The notes under the pieces: generated by a model
The model's database searches: none
What the model was told of the DNA's origin: nothing
Seen by the model: only the letters and a program-made list of their open reading frames with translations
Made by a program: the position numbers and the translations under genes
Assembly: GCA_965140445.1 (NCBI GenBank)
Contig: OZ223236.1
Span: 4,352,001-4,416,000 of the forward strand
DNA from: Candidatus Ozemobacteraceae bacterium
GTDB taxonomy: Bacteria; Muiribacteriota; Ozemobacteria; Ozemobacterales; Ozemobacteraceae
Direction of reading: 5' to 3'
Length of the DNA stretch: 64,000 bases
Shown: in pieces, positions 9,432 to 18,900 of the stretch
How positions within the stretch are numbered: position 1 is the first letter of the stretch
Layout of the letters: each line of letters opens with the position of its first letter

Positions 9432-11420
9432 TTAGAACTTAACTTCCATACCCATAGTAGCTCTGCGGCCATTTCTATAATAGATTGGGTCCATCAGCAG
9501 TCCTGTTTTATTTTTTGTATCAGAAGCCTGCATGACAACTGCATCATCAACATCTGTAAGATTTTCAACATTGAAATACAAAGCAAAGTCATTGGTAATC
9601 TGGCGTCTGATTCCCAGATCAAATATAGTTGAAGCATCAACCTTTGGATAAGCTGTTGCTTTTCCGCTTGAATCAAGAGTGCTGGTAGCACGAGTTTGTC
9701 CCTGGTGTTCACAGGTAAGCATTAAACTATTTTTACCCTTTCTATAGATACTGCCAGCGGTTATTCTAAATTCAGGTTTGGCAACGATTCTAAGTCCATT
9801 AGTTTCGTCTTCAGCTCTGTCCAGGCGTGTATAGCTTAGCCATGCATCTACGTTTTCATTTATTGAGCCGTTGACCGCAAATTCCCAGCCAGCAATTTTT
9901 GACTCGGCAATATTTACGTAGTAATTATCATTGGCTTTTAAAGTCCCAACCCCTGGTATTGTTGCGGCAACAGCAGTGGTTGTAAGAGAAATTTTATTTT
10001 CAATATCAGAGCTGAATCTGCCAAGAGACGCGTTCCATCGATTATTAATCTGATAACCTAATCTAAATTCAAGATTATCAGCTTTTTCCGGTTTAAGATT
10101 TTCGTTTCCATAGAGTTTGCTTGCCCGATAAAGCTCCTGCACATTTGGAAATCTCAAAGTTTTGCTGATTGCAAAGCCAATGTTTGCTCTGTCTGTAATC
10201 TGGTAATCAGAGTTAAAGGCCCAGGAATTCTCAGAATCCGATTCGAATGATTCATCACTTCTTGCCACGAGGTGTAAATTTAACTTATCCCCCGCTTTAA
10301 TTGAATCACTTATGAAATAGCCCTTGTTCGTGAGCCATTTATTTGAAGCTTTTGCGGAAACAGTATGTCCAGTATCTTTAACTTCCTGTTGTTGCCCGCC
10401 AATGGTAAAAGAATGTCTTTTTCCAAGTTTGAAATTATACAAAGCTTCAGTTGTTTTCATTTCAACAGTCACGTCATATGATGGATCAACAGTTCCAGAA
10501 GCACCGTTCAGAGTATAATCTGTGTAAAATTGGGTTGCACTGTAATCTCTGTAAGTGGCATATCGAAGCACTAAGTTGCTATCGTTTCCAAGATCCTTTT
10601 CAACTACAAAGTCACGATGGGACATTTCCCAGGGCTCAAATCTTTCTTTGTAATTTGGAATACTAACATTGCCATCACTCTTGAGTATTGTTGCCTTAAA
10701 GACCCATCCGTTGTCTGTTTCTACGCGTCCGCGATACATAAACATTTGATTGTCAGAATTGTTTCCGCCAGTTCCAAAGTTTTTATATCTTCTTTTTCCG
10801 TCGTAATTATCGAGGAATAGCCCGAACAAATGTTCGTTCTGGTGAGAAACGTTTCCATAAATAAATTCCTGGTGACGCGTTCCCTGACCACCATATTCCT
10901 GAGTAAAAGTCAGACCTTCAAGATCTCTTGCCGTTGGAAGAGTCAGGTTAACCGCTCCACCCATTCCACTTGAACCATAAATAAGCGAGGCACCACCTGG
11001 AGCAATCGTAGCCTTTTGTAGTCTTCGCAGTGGAAACCCGGAAAGGGAAGAAGTTCCGTTCCAGGGTGTATTTACAGGACATCCATCAATTAGAACCTTG
11101 GTATGCTTGCCGTCAAAGCCACGTAGCTCAGGAGTCATGATAGATCCAAGCAAGCTGTTTGAGACGGTAACGGAGGAATTCATTGACCTGAGCAGTTCAA
11201 CCGGATCTCTTGTGGGCTTAAGCTCAATCATTTCAGGAGTTATTTCGTCCTGAAACCTTGAAATAAGGCCATTATATGAAGCTCTTTCTGCATCTATCTG
11301 CAATTCAGGCAAGACGAAAATGTCTTTTTTATCAGCAGTATCTTCAGCAGCGCTTGGTACACCAGAGCTGCCGAGAAGAACACAAAAAACCACAAATAAT
11401 CTCATGAATAAACGAACCAT
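9432..11420 (-). CDS. TonB-dependent receptor
   Basis: Signal peptide; plug motifs (LRGFDGKHTKVLIDG, YGSSGMGGAVN); NLKPEKA; C-terminal Phe. Confidence 0.9.
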   Translation of the reverse strand: MVRLFMRLFVVFCVLLGSSGVPSAAEDTADKKDIFVLPELQIDAERASYNGLISRFQDEITPEMIELKPTRDPVELLRSMNSSVTVSNSLLGSIMTPELRGFDGKHTKVLIDGCPVNTPWNGTSSLSGFPLRRLQKATIAPGGASLIYGSSGMGGAVNLTLPTARDLEGLTFTQEYGGQGTRHQEFIYGNVSHQNEHLFGLFLDNYDGKRRYKNFGTGGNNSDNQMFMYRGRVETDNGWVFKATILKSDGNVSIPNYKERFEPWEMSHRDFVVEKDLGNDSNLVLRYATYRDYSATQFYTDYTLNGASGTVDPSYDVTVEMKTTEALYNFKLGKRHSFTIGGQQQEVKDTGHTVSAKASNKWLTNKGYFISDSIKAGDKLNLHLVARSDESFESDSENSWAFNSDYQITDRANIGFAISKTLRFPNVQELYRASKLYGNENLKPEKADNLEFRLGYQINNRWNASLGRFSSDIENKISLTTTAVAATIPGVGTLKANDNYYVNIAESKIAGWEFAVNGSINENVDAWLSYTRLDRAEDETNGLRIVAKPEFRITAGSIYRKGKNSLMLTCEHQGQTRATSTLDSSGKATAYPKVDASTIFDLGIRRQITNDFALYFNVENLTDVDDAVVMQASDTKNKTGLLMDPIYYRNGRRATMGMEVKF

Positions 11421-11855
11421 AACCCCTCCACTTGCTTACTACTTAAAACTACTTAACGTTACTTTGCAATTTTTATCATACGACAAATCAATATGCAATA
11501 CTTTTTGTTACTTTTCCCTAAAAAAGTTACTTTTCATGTGCAAATGGCAGACGTATCCACAATATTTTCTTTTAGATTCAGGTGCAAAATTTCTTTACAT
11601 AGTATGAAATAGTAGCATCTGTTGATTGTTTTTTTACCAGATGTTCAAAACCTAATCAGAGTGCTTAATAACAATACAGTTTTGCTTTTTCTCTAAAGTT
11701 TCTCAAAAACGGTACGATATGTATTAAGTGGAATATTAAAAGTTTCTAGAGCAAACAACTAACTTGGCATTTAAATTGCATAGATCACTTTTTCCAATAA
11801 CCCGGAGCAACTCGTCAGAGCAAACCGTCCGGATTTATAGTTTCGAGGTTTTTAT

Positions 11856-12485
11856 ATGTTTCTCAGTTCTAAATTTAATTTAAAATCACTTTCATTCGTA
11901 CTCGTAGCATTTTGCTTCTTTTCTGTTCTTTCTGTTCAACCAGGCTGGGCAATTACAAATTTAAAGCCGGTTTTTACAGACATTGAAGTTGAGCAAATCG
12001 CGGCACCGCATAATTTTCAAAACTCAGTCAGATACATAATTACTTATTTTGTAAAAGACGGAAAAGGCAAACATCAGGTTTTCCCAACTTTTGAAGAAAA
12101 AGAAAGAGACTCAGACCTGATTCTAGCCAGAGTAGTAAGCCAATACATTGAAGATGAATACCATAATAATGGCAAAGCAATCGATGAGCACGTAGTCGAC
12201 TACTCAAACCTTGGTCAAATTATGGATCTCACTGGTCGCGATTTCATGTCCAAGGCCTGGGATTCAAATAACCACAACTTCCTTCGCCAATATATTCTCA
12301 AAAACAAAGAATACCTACAGCTCTACACAATCAATCTTTACCTGGATTACGGAACCTCAAAAGGTGAGTATTTCAGCGGCAACGACATCAACCCAATCCT
12401 TCTCAAACTAAACAAATCCCCAAAATACCTGGATCAAGCCACTTTTATCACAGTAAATTACACAGATAGAAGCAGATCTAACTAA
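11856..12485 (+). CDS. Exported hypothetical protein
   Basis: Signal-peptide-like N-terminus; GAGG RBS; followed by a terminator. Confidence 0.7.
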   Translation: MFLSSKFNLKSLSFVLVAFCFFSVLSVQPGWAITNLKPVFTDIEVEQIAAPHNFQNSVRYIITYFVKDGKGKHQVFPTFEEKERDSDLILARVVSQYIEDEYHNNGKAIDEHVVDYSNLGQIMDLTGRDFMSKAWDSNNHNFLRQYILKNKEYLQLYTINLYLDYGTSKGEYFSGNDINPILLKLNKSPKYLDQATFITVNYTDRSRSN

Positions 12486-12493
12486 TACTGAAT

Positions 12494-12540
12494 AAAAAAA
12501 CCTCCCAGTAAGCCTGCAAGGTTGCTGGGAGGTTTTTTTT
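12494..12540. terminator. Intrinsic terminator (bidirectional form)
   Basis: A7-CCTCCCAGTAA...TTGCTGGGAGG-T8. Confidence 0.9.
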
Positions 12541-12678
12541 GTTATTTACCAATTGAAGAAAAAAGCCTTGATATATACCATCAGGAGAAAGAAAAAGACG
12601 GTCTTGGATAAATTTATTATTCCAGCGTGTATTTTTTTTATATTGCAACGGCTTCAGTCTAATTTATGTTAGAGTCTG

Positions 12679-13069
12679 ATGCCCTTCGGGCATGGGGAGG
12701 CGGCAATGGCCGCCTTTAGGACAAGGGCAGGGGCGAAGGTAATGACCTTCGCCAAACAGCCGGGCAGGCTATGGCCTGCAATATAAAAGCCAAATTCAAT
12801 GCCAAGGTTACAGGTTTGCGGGAGTTTCAATCTGGCTTCTGGAGGTCTAATCCATACAGCTACTGACCCCCAGAAGCCATTTATGATTTCTGCTTAACGC
12901 TTGTCATAGAATTTGCTGTAATGGCTTGCAGCCCGCTTTTAATATAAAACCGCAGAAGGTAATGACCTTCTGCAACAGCCACGCAGGCAATGGCCTGCGT
13001 AAGCGCGGGAATGCCCGCGCTGAACATCCAAGAACGACTTTTCACAGGGTAATGACCCTGCAAAAAGTC
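12679..13069. repeat. Array of GC-rich hairpins with (A/T)ATG tetraloops (putative structured ncRNA or ssDNA element)
   Basis: Perfect stems at 12698-12715, 12732-12753, 12764-12779, 12952-12973, 12981-13000, 13002-13021 and 13045-13060. Confidence 0.85.
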
Positions 13070-13188
13070 TGTGTTTTGTTTAGTTTGCATTTAAGGGAAT
13101 TCGAAGTGTTAAAAAATGAGAAATTTTGGAGAGAAAAAAGTAAAATGAATTGTTAAGGTTTAGTTAACGAAGTTGAGAGAGCTTATTT

Positions 13189-13578
13189 GTGGAAAGATAT
13201 GAAACCGCTGAAGCCAATTGTTTTGCAAAGCTGGCTCGGCTGCCATTTAAAATAATAGATTTTCTGGTATGGTTCATTCTCTTTATATTTTTGATCTTTG
13301 TAATTTATTACTGGGATGTCGCTTGTAGCTTTAGTTATGGCAACAAGATACCCAATGTAATATTTCAAATTCACGATGTCTTGATTCTTAAAGTTATCGA
13401 GTGGAAATACCTTTTTTCAATTTCTTATTGGCTTTTCTATTTCGCAATTCATTCATTTCTCATGCATCATCGATTGAATCGCAAAGTTACATTTATTGTT
13501 TGTTATTACAGTTGCCTTATTTTGCCGTGGATTTTTATCTTTTATTATCTTTACTCCAATTTTTCACGAGAGCCATAG
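13189..13578 (+). CDS. Small AT-rich membrane protein (about 3 TM), putative gene-cassette ORF
   Basis: 129-aa hydrophobic ORF with GTG start, ending 26 bp before the attC-like site. Confidence 0.55.
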   Translation: MERYETAEANCFAKLARLPFKIIDFLVWFILFIFLIFVIYYWDVACSFSYGNKIPNVIFQIHDVLILKVIEWKYLFSISYWLFYFAIHSFLMHHRLNRKVTFIVCYYSCLILPWIFIFYYLYSNFSREP

Positions 13579-13604
13579 GGTTTTGAAATGTTTAATATAA
13601 GAAA

Positions 13605-13739
13605 CCCTAACGCGGTGTTGAAGTGGAACGGCTTTTCTGCGGAAAAAACCTTTAAGAAAATAGGGCAGTTCTTGTTTTAGAGGCTGTTTCCGTGCTTTCC
13701 CTATGGGCGCACGGCGTCCACTTAACACCAATGTTAGAG
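13605..13739 (+). mobile_element. Integron attC-like recombination site
   Basis: CCCTAAC-N5-GTTGAAGTGGA...TCCACTTAAC-N6-GTTAGAG; one extrahelical base in the L box; 135 bp. Confidence 0.75.
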
Positions 13740-14175
13740 ACTGCTGACCCTCTGGCATGAAAGGCGACCAAGACTTCTAATGAATTCACAAGAAAACGAC
13801 ATTTTACAGGACAATAAACCTGCACTTTGTATATTGCTGAAATATATTTAAGGCGTGAGAAAGCTTGGAAATTAAAAGTTTTTCCCAGAGCTAATTGAGT
13901 TTGAATTGGATATTTGTCTAATTGATTCGTAATATTTAAAGCATGAAACAAGCTTTCTCAGCCTCAGCAAACCCAAAGTAAAAAAAATATAGTCAAAATA
14001 CATCTTGTAGTAGGCTATTATATTTAAACAGCAAATTTTTCTTATGATATAGGTTAAAGTGCTGAAGGCTACAAAAGATTAATTCATCGCTTTCTCAATG
14101 AAACATTGAGTTTGAGCAAAAAATAAAATAAATGCTTCCAGACCGTGCTGAAAAAAGAAAAAGAGGGACACATAA

Positions 14176-15549
14176 ATGAAAGTAACCTTAATCCATCCAT
14201 CATTTGACGCGTATTTCACCTATGATGGCCCAGTCGGTTTGGCCTATCTTCAGGCAGCTGTAAAAAAGGCTGGCCATGAAGTTAGCATCATTGATAACAA
14301 TATTTTTAACATGAATGCTGAGGACCTGGCGGAAAAATGCAGAACCGCCGATGTTGTGGGGATTACAATGACAACCCCTACCTTCACAACGGTAAGAAAC
14401 TTTTGCAAGTTACTACAATCTTTCCCGGACAGACCCAAAATAGTTCTGGGAGGGGCTCACCCCACCATAAATTCTGCAGAATGCCTAGAATTTGCCGATT
14501 TTGTGGTTATTGGTGAAGGTGAAAAAAGTTTTGTTGAGCTTCTTGAGAATTTTTCCTCGAAACAGAAAGATGAAAACCTCCACAGAATAAAGGGAATCGC
14601 TTTTCGCTCAGGTGAAGATGTTGTAATTACCGAAAATCGCGCTTTCAACCAGGAACTTGACCAGCTGGCCTTCCCAGACTGGACTGGATTTCCTATTGAG
14701 AAATACGGCTCGGCATTAAGAGTTAGTGGGCGAAGCCTTCCTATCGTTACGTCTCGTGGATGCCCTTATCAGTGCATTTATTGTTTTAAGGGATTGTTTG
14801 GAAAAGTATTCAGAGCAAGAAGTCCCAAAAGTGTCGTTGACGAAATCGAATATCTAAAAAAGGAATTCGCAATTCGAGAATTTCAGATTGCTGATGACGC
14901 CTTCGCTGCGAATAAAAAACGAGCAAAAGAGATTTGCCAGGAAATCATTGCCAGAAAGATCAACCTGCCTTGGTCTATGCCCAATGGTATTCGAGCAGAT
15001 TCTCTGGACGAAGAGTTAGTCTCATTGATGAAAAAAGCCGGATTACAATACACTGGTATCGGAATAGAAAGCGGTAATCAGCAAATTCTGAAAAATATCC
15101 AGAAAAGTCAAACAAAGGATGCTGTGAGAAAGGCTGTAAAGATACTTCAGAAATATAAAATCGAAACAGTTGGCTTTTTCATGTTCGGTCTTCCTGGTGA
15201 TACTGTTAAAACAATGCGTGAAACAGCACGGTTTGCAAGAAGCCTTAATCTGGACTATTGCTCTATCTCTATGACTACGCCCTATCCGGGCACCCAACTT
15301 TACCAGGATATTCAGAATAAGAAGGGAATCTTCCTGACCAAATCTCCGGATGAACTTTTTAGTCTGGGTAGCTCATGCAAATACCTCATGCCAGGCATGG
15401 CAACCAAAGAAGAGATCGAAAAAGAATACAGAAATGCCAGGATCAAACTTTTGCTTCGACCACGAACAATTTTACACACACTTCTAAAACGCCCTGGCCG
15501 CATTTTCTCAGGACTTGTGACTGCATATAAATGGATTTTCAAAACCTGA
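14176..15549 (+). CDS. Cobalamin-binding radical SAM protein
   Basis: N-terminal B12 domain (GLAYL, GGAHPT, GEGE); SRGCPYQCIYC motif. Confidence 0.92.
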   Translation: MKVTLIHPSFDAYFTYDGPVGLAYLQAAVKKAGHEVSIIDNNIFNMNAEDLAEKCRTADVVGITMTTPTFTTVRNFCKLLQSFPDRPKIVLGGAHPTINSAECLEFADFVVIGEGEKSFVELLENFSSKQKDENLHRIKGIAFRSGEDVVITENRAFNQELDQLAFPDWTGFPIEKYGSALRVSGRSLPIVTSRGCPYQCIYCFKGLFGKVFRARSPKSVVDEIEYLKKEFAIREFQIADDAFAANKKRAKEICQEIIARKINLPWSMPNGIRADSLDEELVSLMKKAGLQYTGIGIESGNQQILKNIQKSQTKDAVRKAVKILQKYKIETVGFFMFGLPGDTVKTMRETARFARSLNLDYCSISMTTPYPGTQLYQDIQNKKGIFLTKSPDELFSLGSSCKYLMPGMATKEEIEKEYRNARIKLLLRPRTILHTLLKRPGRIFSGLVTAYKWIFKT

Positions 15550-15906
15550 CCCGGAAAATTATTGTGCAGAAAAGGCTTGAATTCACACAAATGTTCTGAC
15601 TCGATTTGTGAAAATTACAGTTTCTTTATTTCAATCATAGTCTCCATTTTGTCCCAGGAATTCTTTTCTCTTCTGATCCTAAGTGTCATTTTATGCTTGT
15701 TTCGATATTTGATAAAATATGTTGAATGATTTCCTGAGTCAAACTGTAGCGAATGCTTGAAAGGATTGTTTGAAAAACCGTTTTAATTTCTGATATATTA
15801 TTTCAGAAATGCTATAAATTCCCGGATTTGCTTGAGATTCTAGAAGTTTTCTAAATTAGATTAAGTCAGAATAAGCAAGAAAAGCCGTTTGCAAGGACGA
15901 TCAGTG

Positions 15907-18900
15907 ATGAGGAAAAAACAAAGCTGCAAAAAAAACACTTCTAAGATTCAGAATACAAATCCAACAGATTCTAAGAAGTTAGAAAGTAATTTGCCTACAA
16001 TGCCAATAGTTGGCATTGGTGCATCAGCTGGTGGTTTGGATGCGTTTGAAAGGTTTTTTACCCACATTTCTCCAGAAACGGGCATGGCTTTTGTAATAGT
16101 TCAACACCTGGAACCAACCCACAAGAGCATTCTAACGGATCTTTTAAAGAAATACACTAAAATGCCGGTCGTTCAAGTCAAAGACGGCATTACCATCGAA
16201 CCAAATACTGTTTACGTGATTCCGCCAAACCGCGACATGACCTTACAAAGCAATCACTTATGTTTGATGGAACCAGCTAAACCCCGAGGGTTGCGCCTGC
16301 CAATTGATTCATTTTTCAGATCACTGGCTGTAAATCAAAGAGAACTTGGTATCTGCATTGTTTTATCTGGAACTGGTAGCGATGGAACTTTGGGGTTGAA
16401 AGCGATAAAGGAAGAGGGCGGATTAACAATAGTTCAATTGCCTTCCTCGGCGCTTTACGATGGGATGCCAATAAGCGCTATAAATACAGGTTTAGTTGAT
16501 GTTATTCTACCTCCTGAGAAAATTGCTGAACAGTTGGTTGACTATGTTAAGCGTTCATTTGGAGGGGAATCTAAGCCTCCACAGGAGCTTATTTTTGATG
16601 TCAGCAGCCATCTGCAAAAAATTTTTGTTTTACTTCGCGAGCATACCGGGCACGATTTTTCCGGCTATAAAGAAAACACTATTTCTCGCCGCATTGAGCG
16701 ACGTATAACAGTTAATCAACTTGGAAGCATCAATGATTATCTGGATTTTTTACGCAATAATCCTCTAGAGATTCAGACCCTCTTTAGAGAACTGCTTATT
16801 GGTGTTACAAATTTTTTCCGCGACCCCGAAGCTTTTGAGCAACTTGAAAAAAAAGCTATTGCTCCTCTAGTTTCACGACCAGGGGGAATAAACCAACCAA
16901 TTCGTATCTGGATTCCTGGATGCTCCACAGGAGAAGAAGCTTATTCGATTGCAATGCTATTTCTAGAGCAAAAAGAAAAAACAGGTAAGGAAGTGGGTAT
17001 TCAAATTTACGCTACAGACATAGACACCCTTGCCATTGAGAAAGCTCGTGAAGGCCGTTATCCAGATAGTATTGCAGCAGATGTTTCACCTGAAAGACTG
17101 CAAAAATTCTTTATTGCTGAGCCTGAAGGCAATAACTACCGAATTCGGAACGAAATTCGTGAAATGGTAGTATTTGCGGTCCAAAGCGTTGTAAAAGACC
17201 CGCCATTTTCAAAATTAGACTTGATTTGCTGCCGAAATTTAATGATTTACATCGGAGCTGAAGTTCAGCAAAAAATTTTGGCCATGTTTCATTATGCGTT
17301 AAATCCAGATGGTTACCTGTTTTTAGGCAATTCAGAATCTTTAGGCGCAGCTCACGCATTTTTTAGAACTATAGACACTAAATGGAAAGTTTTTCAAAGA
17401 ATAGAAACCCTTACAAATTCTAAAACATTCCTCGAATTTCCATCAAACCTTCTCAAAAGAAGGGTCCCAGCCTCAAAATTGATTCCCACAAATAAACAAA
17501 TGAGTATGAAGGAAATGACAGAAAGCTTATTGTTAGCTGAACATACTCCTATTTGTGCAGTTATCAATGAAAAAGGCGAAGTTCTATACGTCCACGGCCG
17601 CACCGGTAAATTTTTTGAGCAAACTACTGGAGAGTTAAGCACAAACATTCTTCAAATGGCTAGAGACGGGCTGAAAATACCTCTAGCTACCGCAATCCGT
17701 AAAGTAAATCTTGAAAAAACCTCTTACCAAAGCGATGAACTCTCAGTGAACGCCGATGGAAATACCATCAGAACAAGCCTTGCTGTTGATCCAATTTTGA
17801 AACCAGAGTCAATGCATGGCTTAATGCTCGTTACTTTCAAAGAATTACCTAAATTATCGTCTGACAATGGTGTTACCGAAAAAATGGACATGGAAAGCAT
17901 GAATGCCCAACGCGTCCTGGAACTTGAAGATGAATTAAAATCGACGCGCGAATATCTCCAGTCAACCATTGAAGAGTTAGAAACTACAAACGAGGAACTA
18001 AAATCTGCCATAGAGGAATTACAATCCTCCAATGAAGAATTGCAAAGTACCAATGAAGAGCTGGTAACTTCCAAAGAAGAACTTCAATCAGTCAATGAAG
18101 AACTTATGAGCGTCAATGTTGAGCTTCAAAGAAATGTGGCAGATTTAACTATTGCAAATAACGACATAAAAAATCTATTAGACAATGTCCAGACAGGGGT
18201 CATCTTTCTGGACATGAATCTTCGTATCCGACGATTTACTCCATCAGCTGAAGAAGTTGTAGATTTGATTCAGGCGGATATTGGCCGCCCCCTGGCACAA
18301 TTTTCCCATAAACTACAACATGGCAGCCTCATTAAAGATTCGCGGGAAGTCCTGGACACTTTAACTCCAAAGGAAACTGAAGCACAAAGTCATGCAGGGA
18401 ATTGGTATCTGATCCGCATCATGCCCTATTACACCGTGGACGATCAAGTTGACGGAGTAGTTCTGGCATTTACCGACATAACTCAGATAAAAAATACAGA
18501 AATGAAGCTTCTTCAGACAAATGAAATGCTGACCTTTTCACAACAAAAAGCTGGAGCTGGACTTTGGAGCTGGGATATAAAAAGCAATGAACTTACATGG
18601 ACAAATGAACTTTTTCATCTTTTCGGGTTAAATAAAAATGAAGTAGACGCCAGTTTCGAAACATGGCGGAAAATAACACATCCTGATGATTACCAAAATG
18701 CAGAGACCAATATAGAAAATTCCTTAAGTAACAGAAAGCCTCTCTACAATGAATATCGAATAATTACTCCTTCAGGAGAAACCCGTTGGATTGGTTCCTG
18801 GGGCGATGCAATTTATGATGAGCATAAGCAGGCCTCGCGCATGGCAGGACTCTGCATAGACATTACCTCCAGGAAACAAGCAGAAGAAAATCTTCGACAA

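Noticed and set aside
11421..11855. Cobalamin riboswitch upstream of the TonB receptor
   Set aside because: No B12-box or conserved core could be seen.
12476..12674. Second attC formed by ATCTAAC and GTTAGAG
   Set aside because: The spacer geometry and L boxes do not fit, and a terminator occupies the middle.
12647..12674. dif-like site (TTATGTTAGAG)
   Set aside because: Only a partial XerD-like half is present, with no XerC-like half.
12738..12779. Resemblance of GGTAATGACCTTCGCC...GCTATGG to a fluoride (crcB) riboswitch
   Set aside because: The P1 and pseudoknot pairings are missing, the local perfect hairpins explain the sequence better, and there is no fluoride-related gene downstream.
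12679..13069. Possible CRISPR array
   Set aside because: Repeat sequences and spacing are irregular, and there are no cas genes.
12881..13156. Short ORFs 12881-13090 (-) and 12926-13156 (+)
   Set aside because: They have no RBS or recognisable motifs and overlap the hairpin array.
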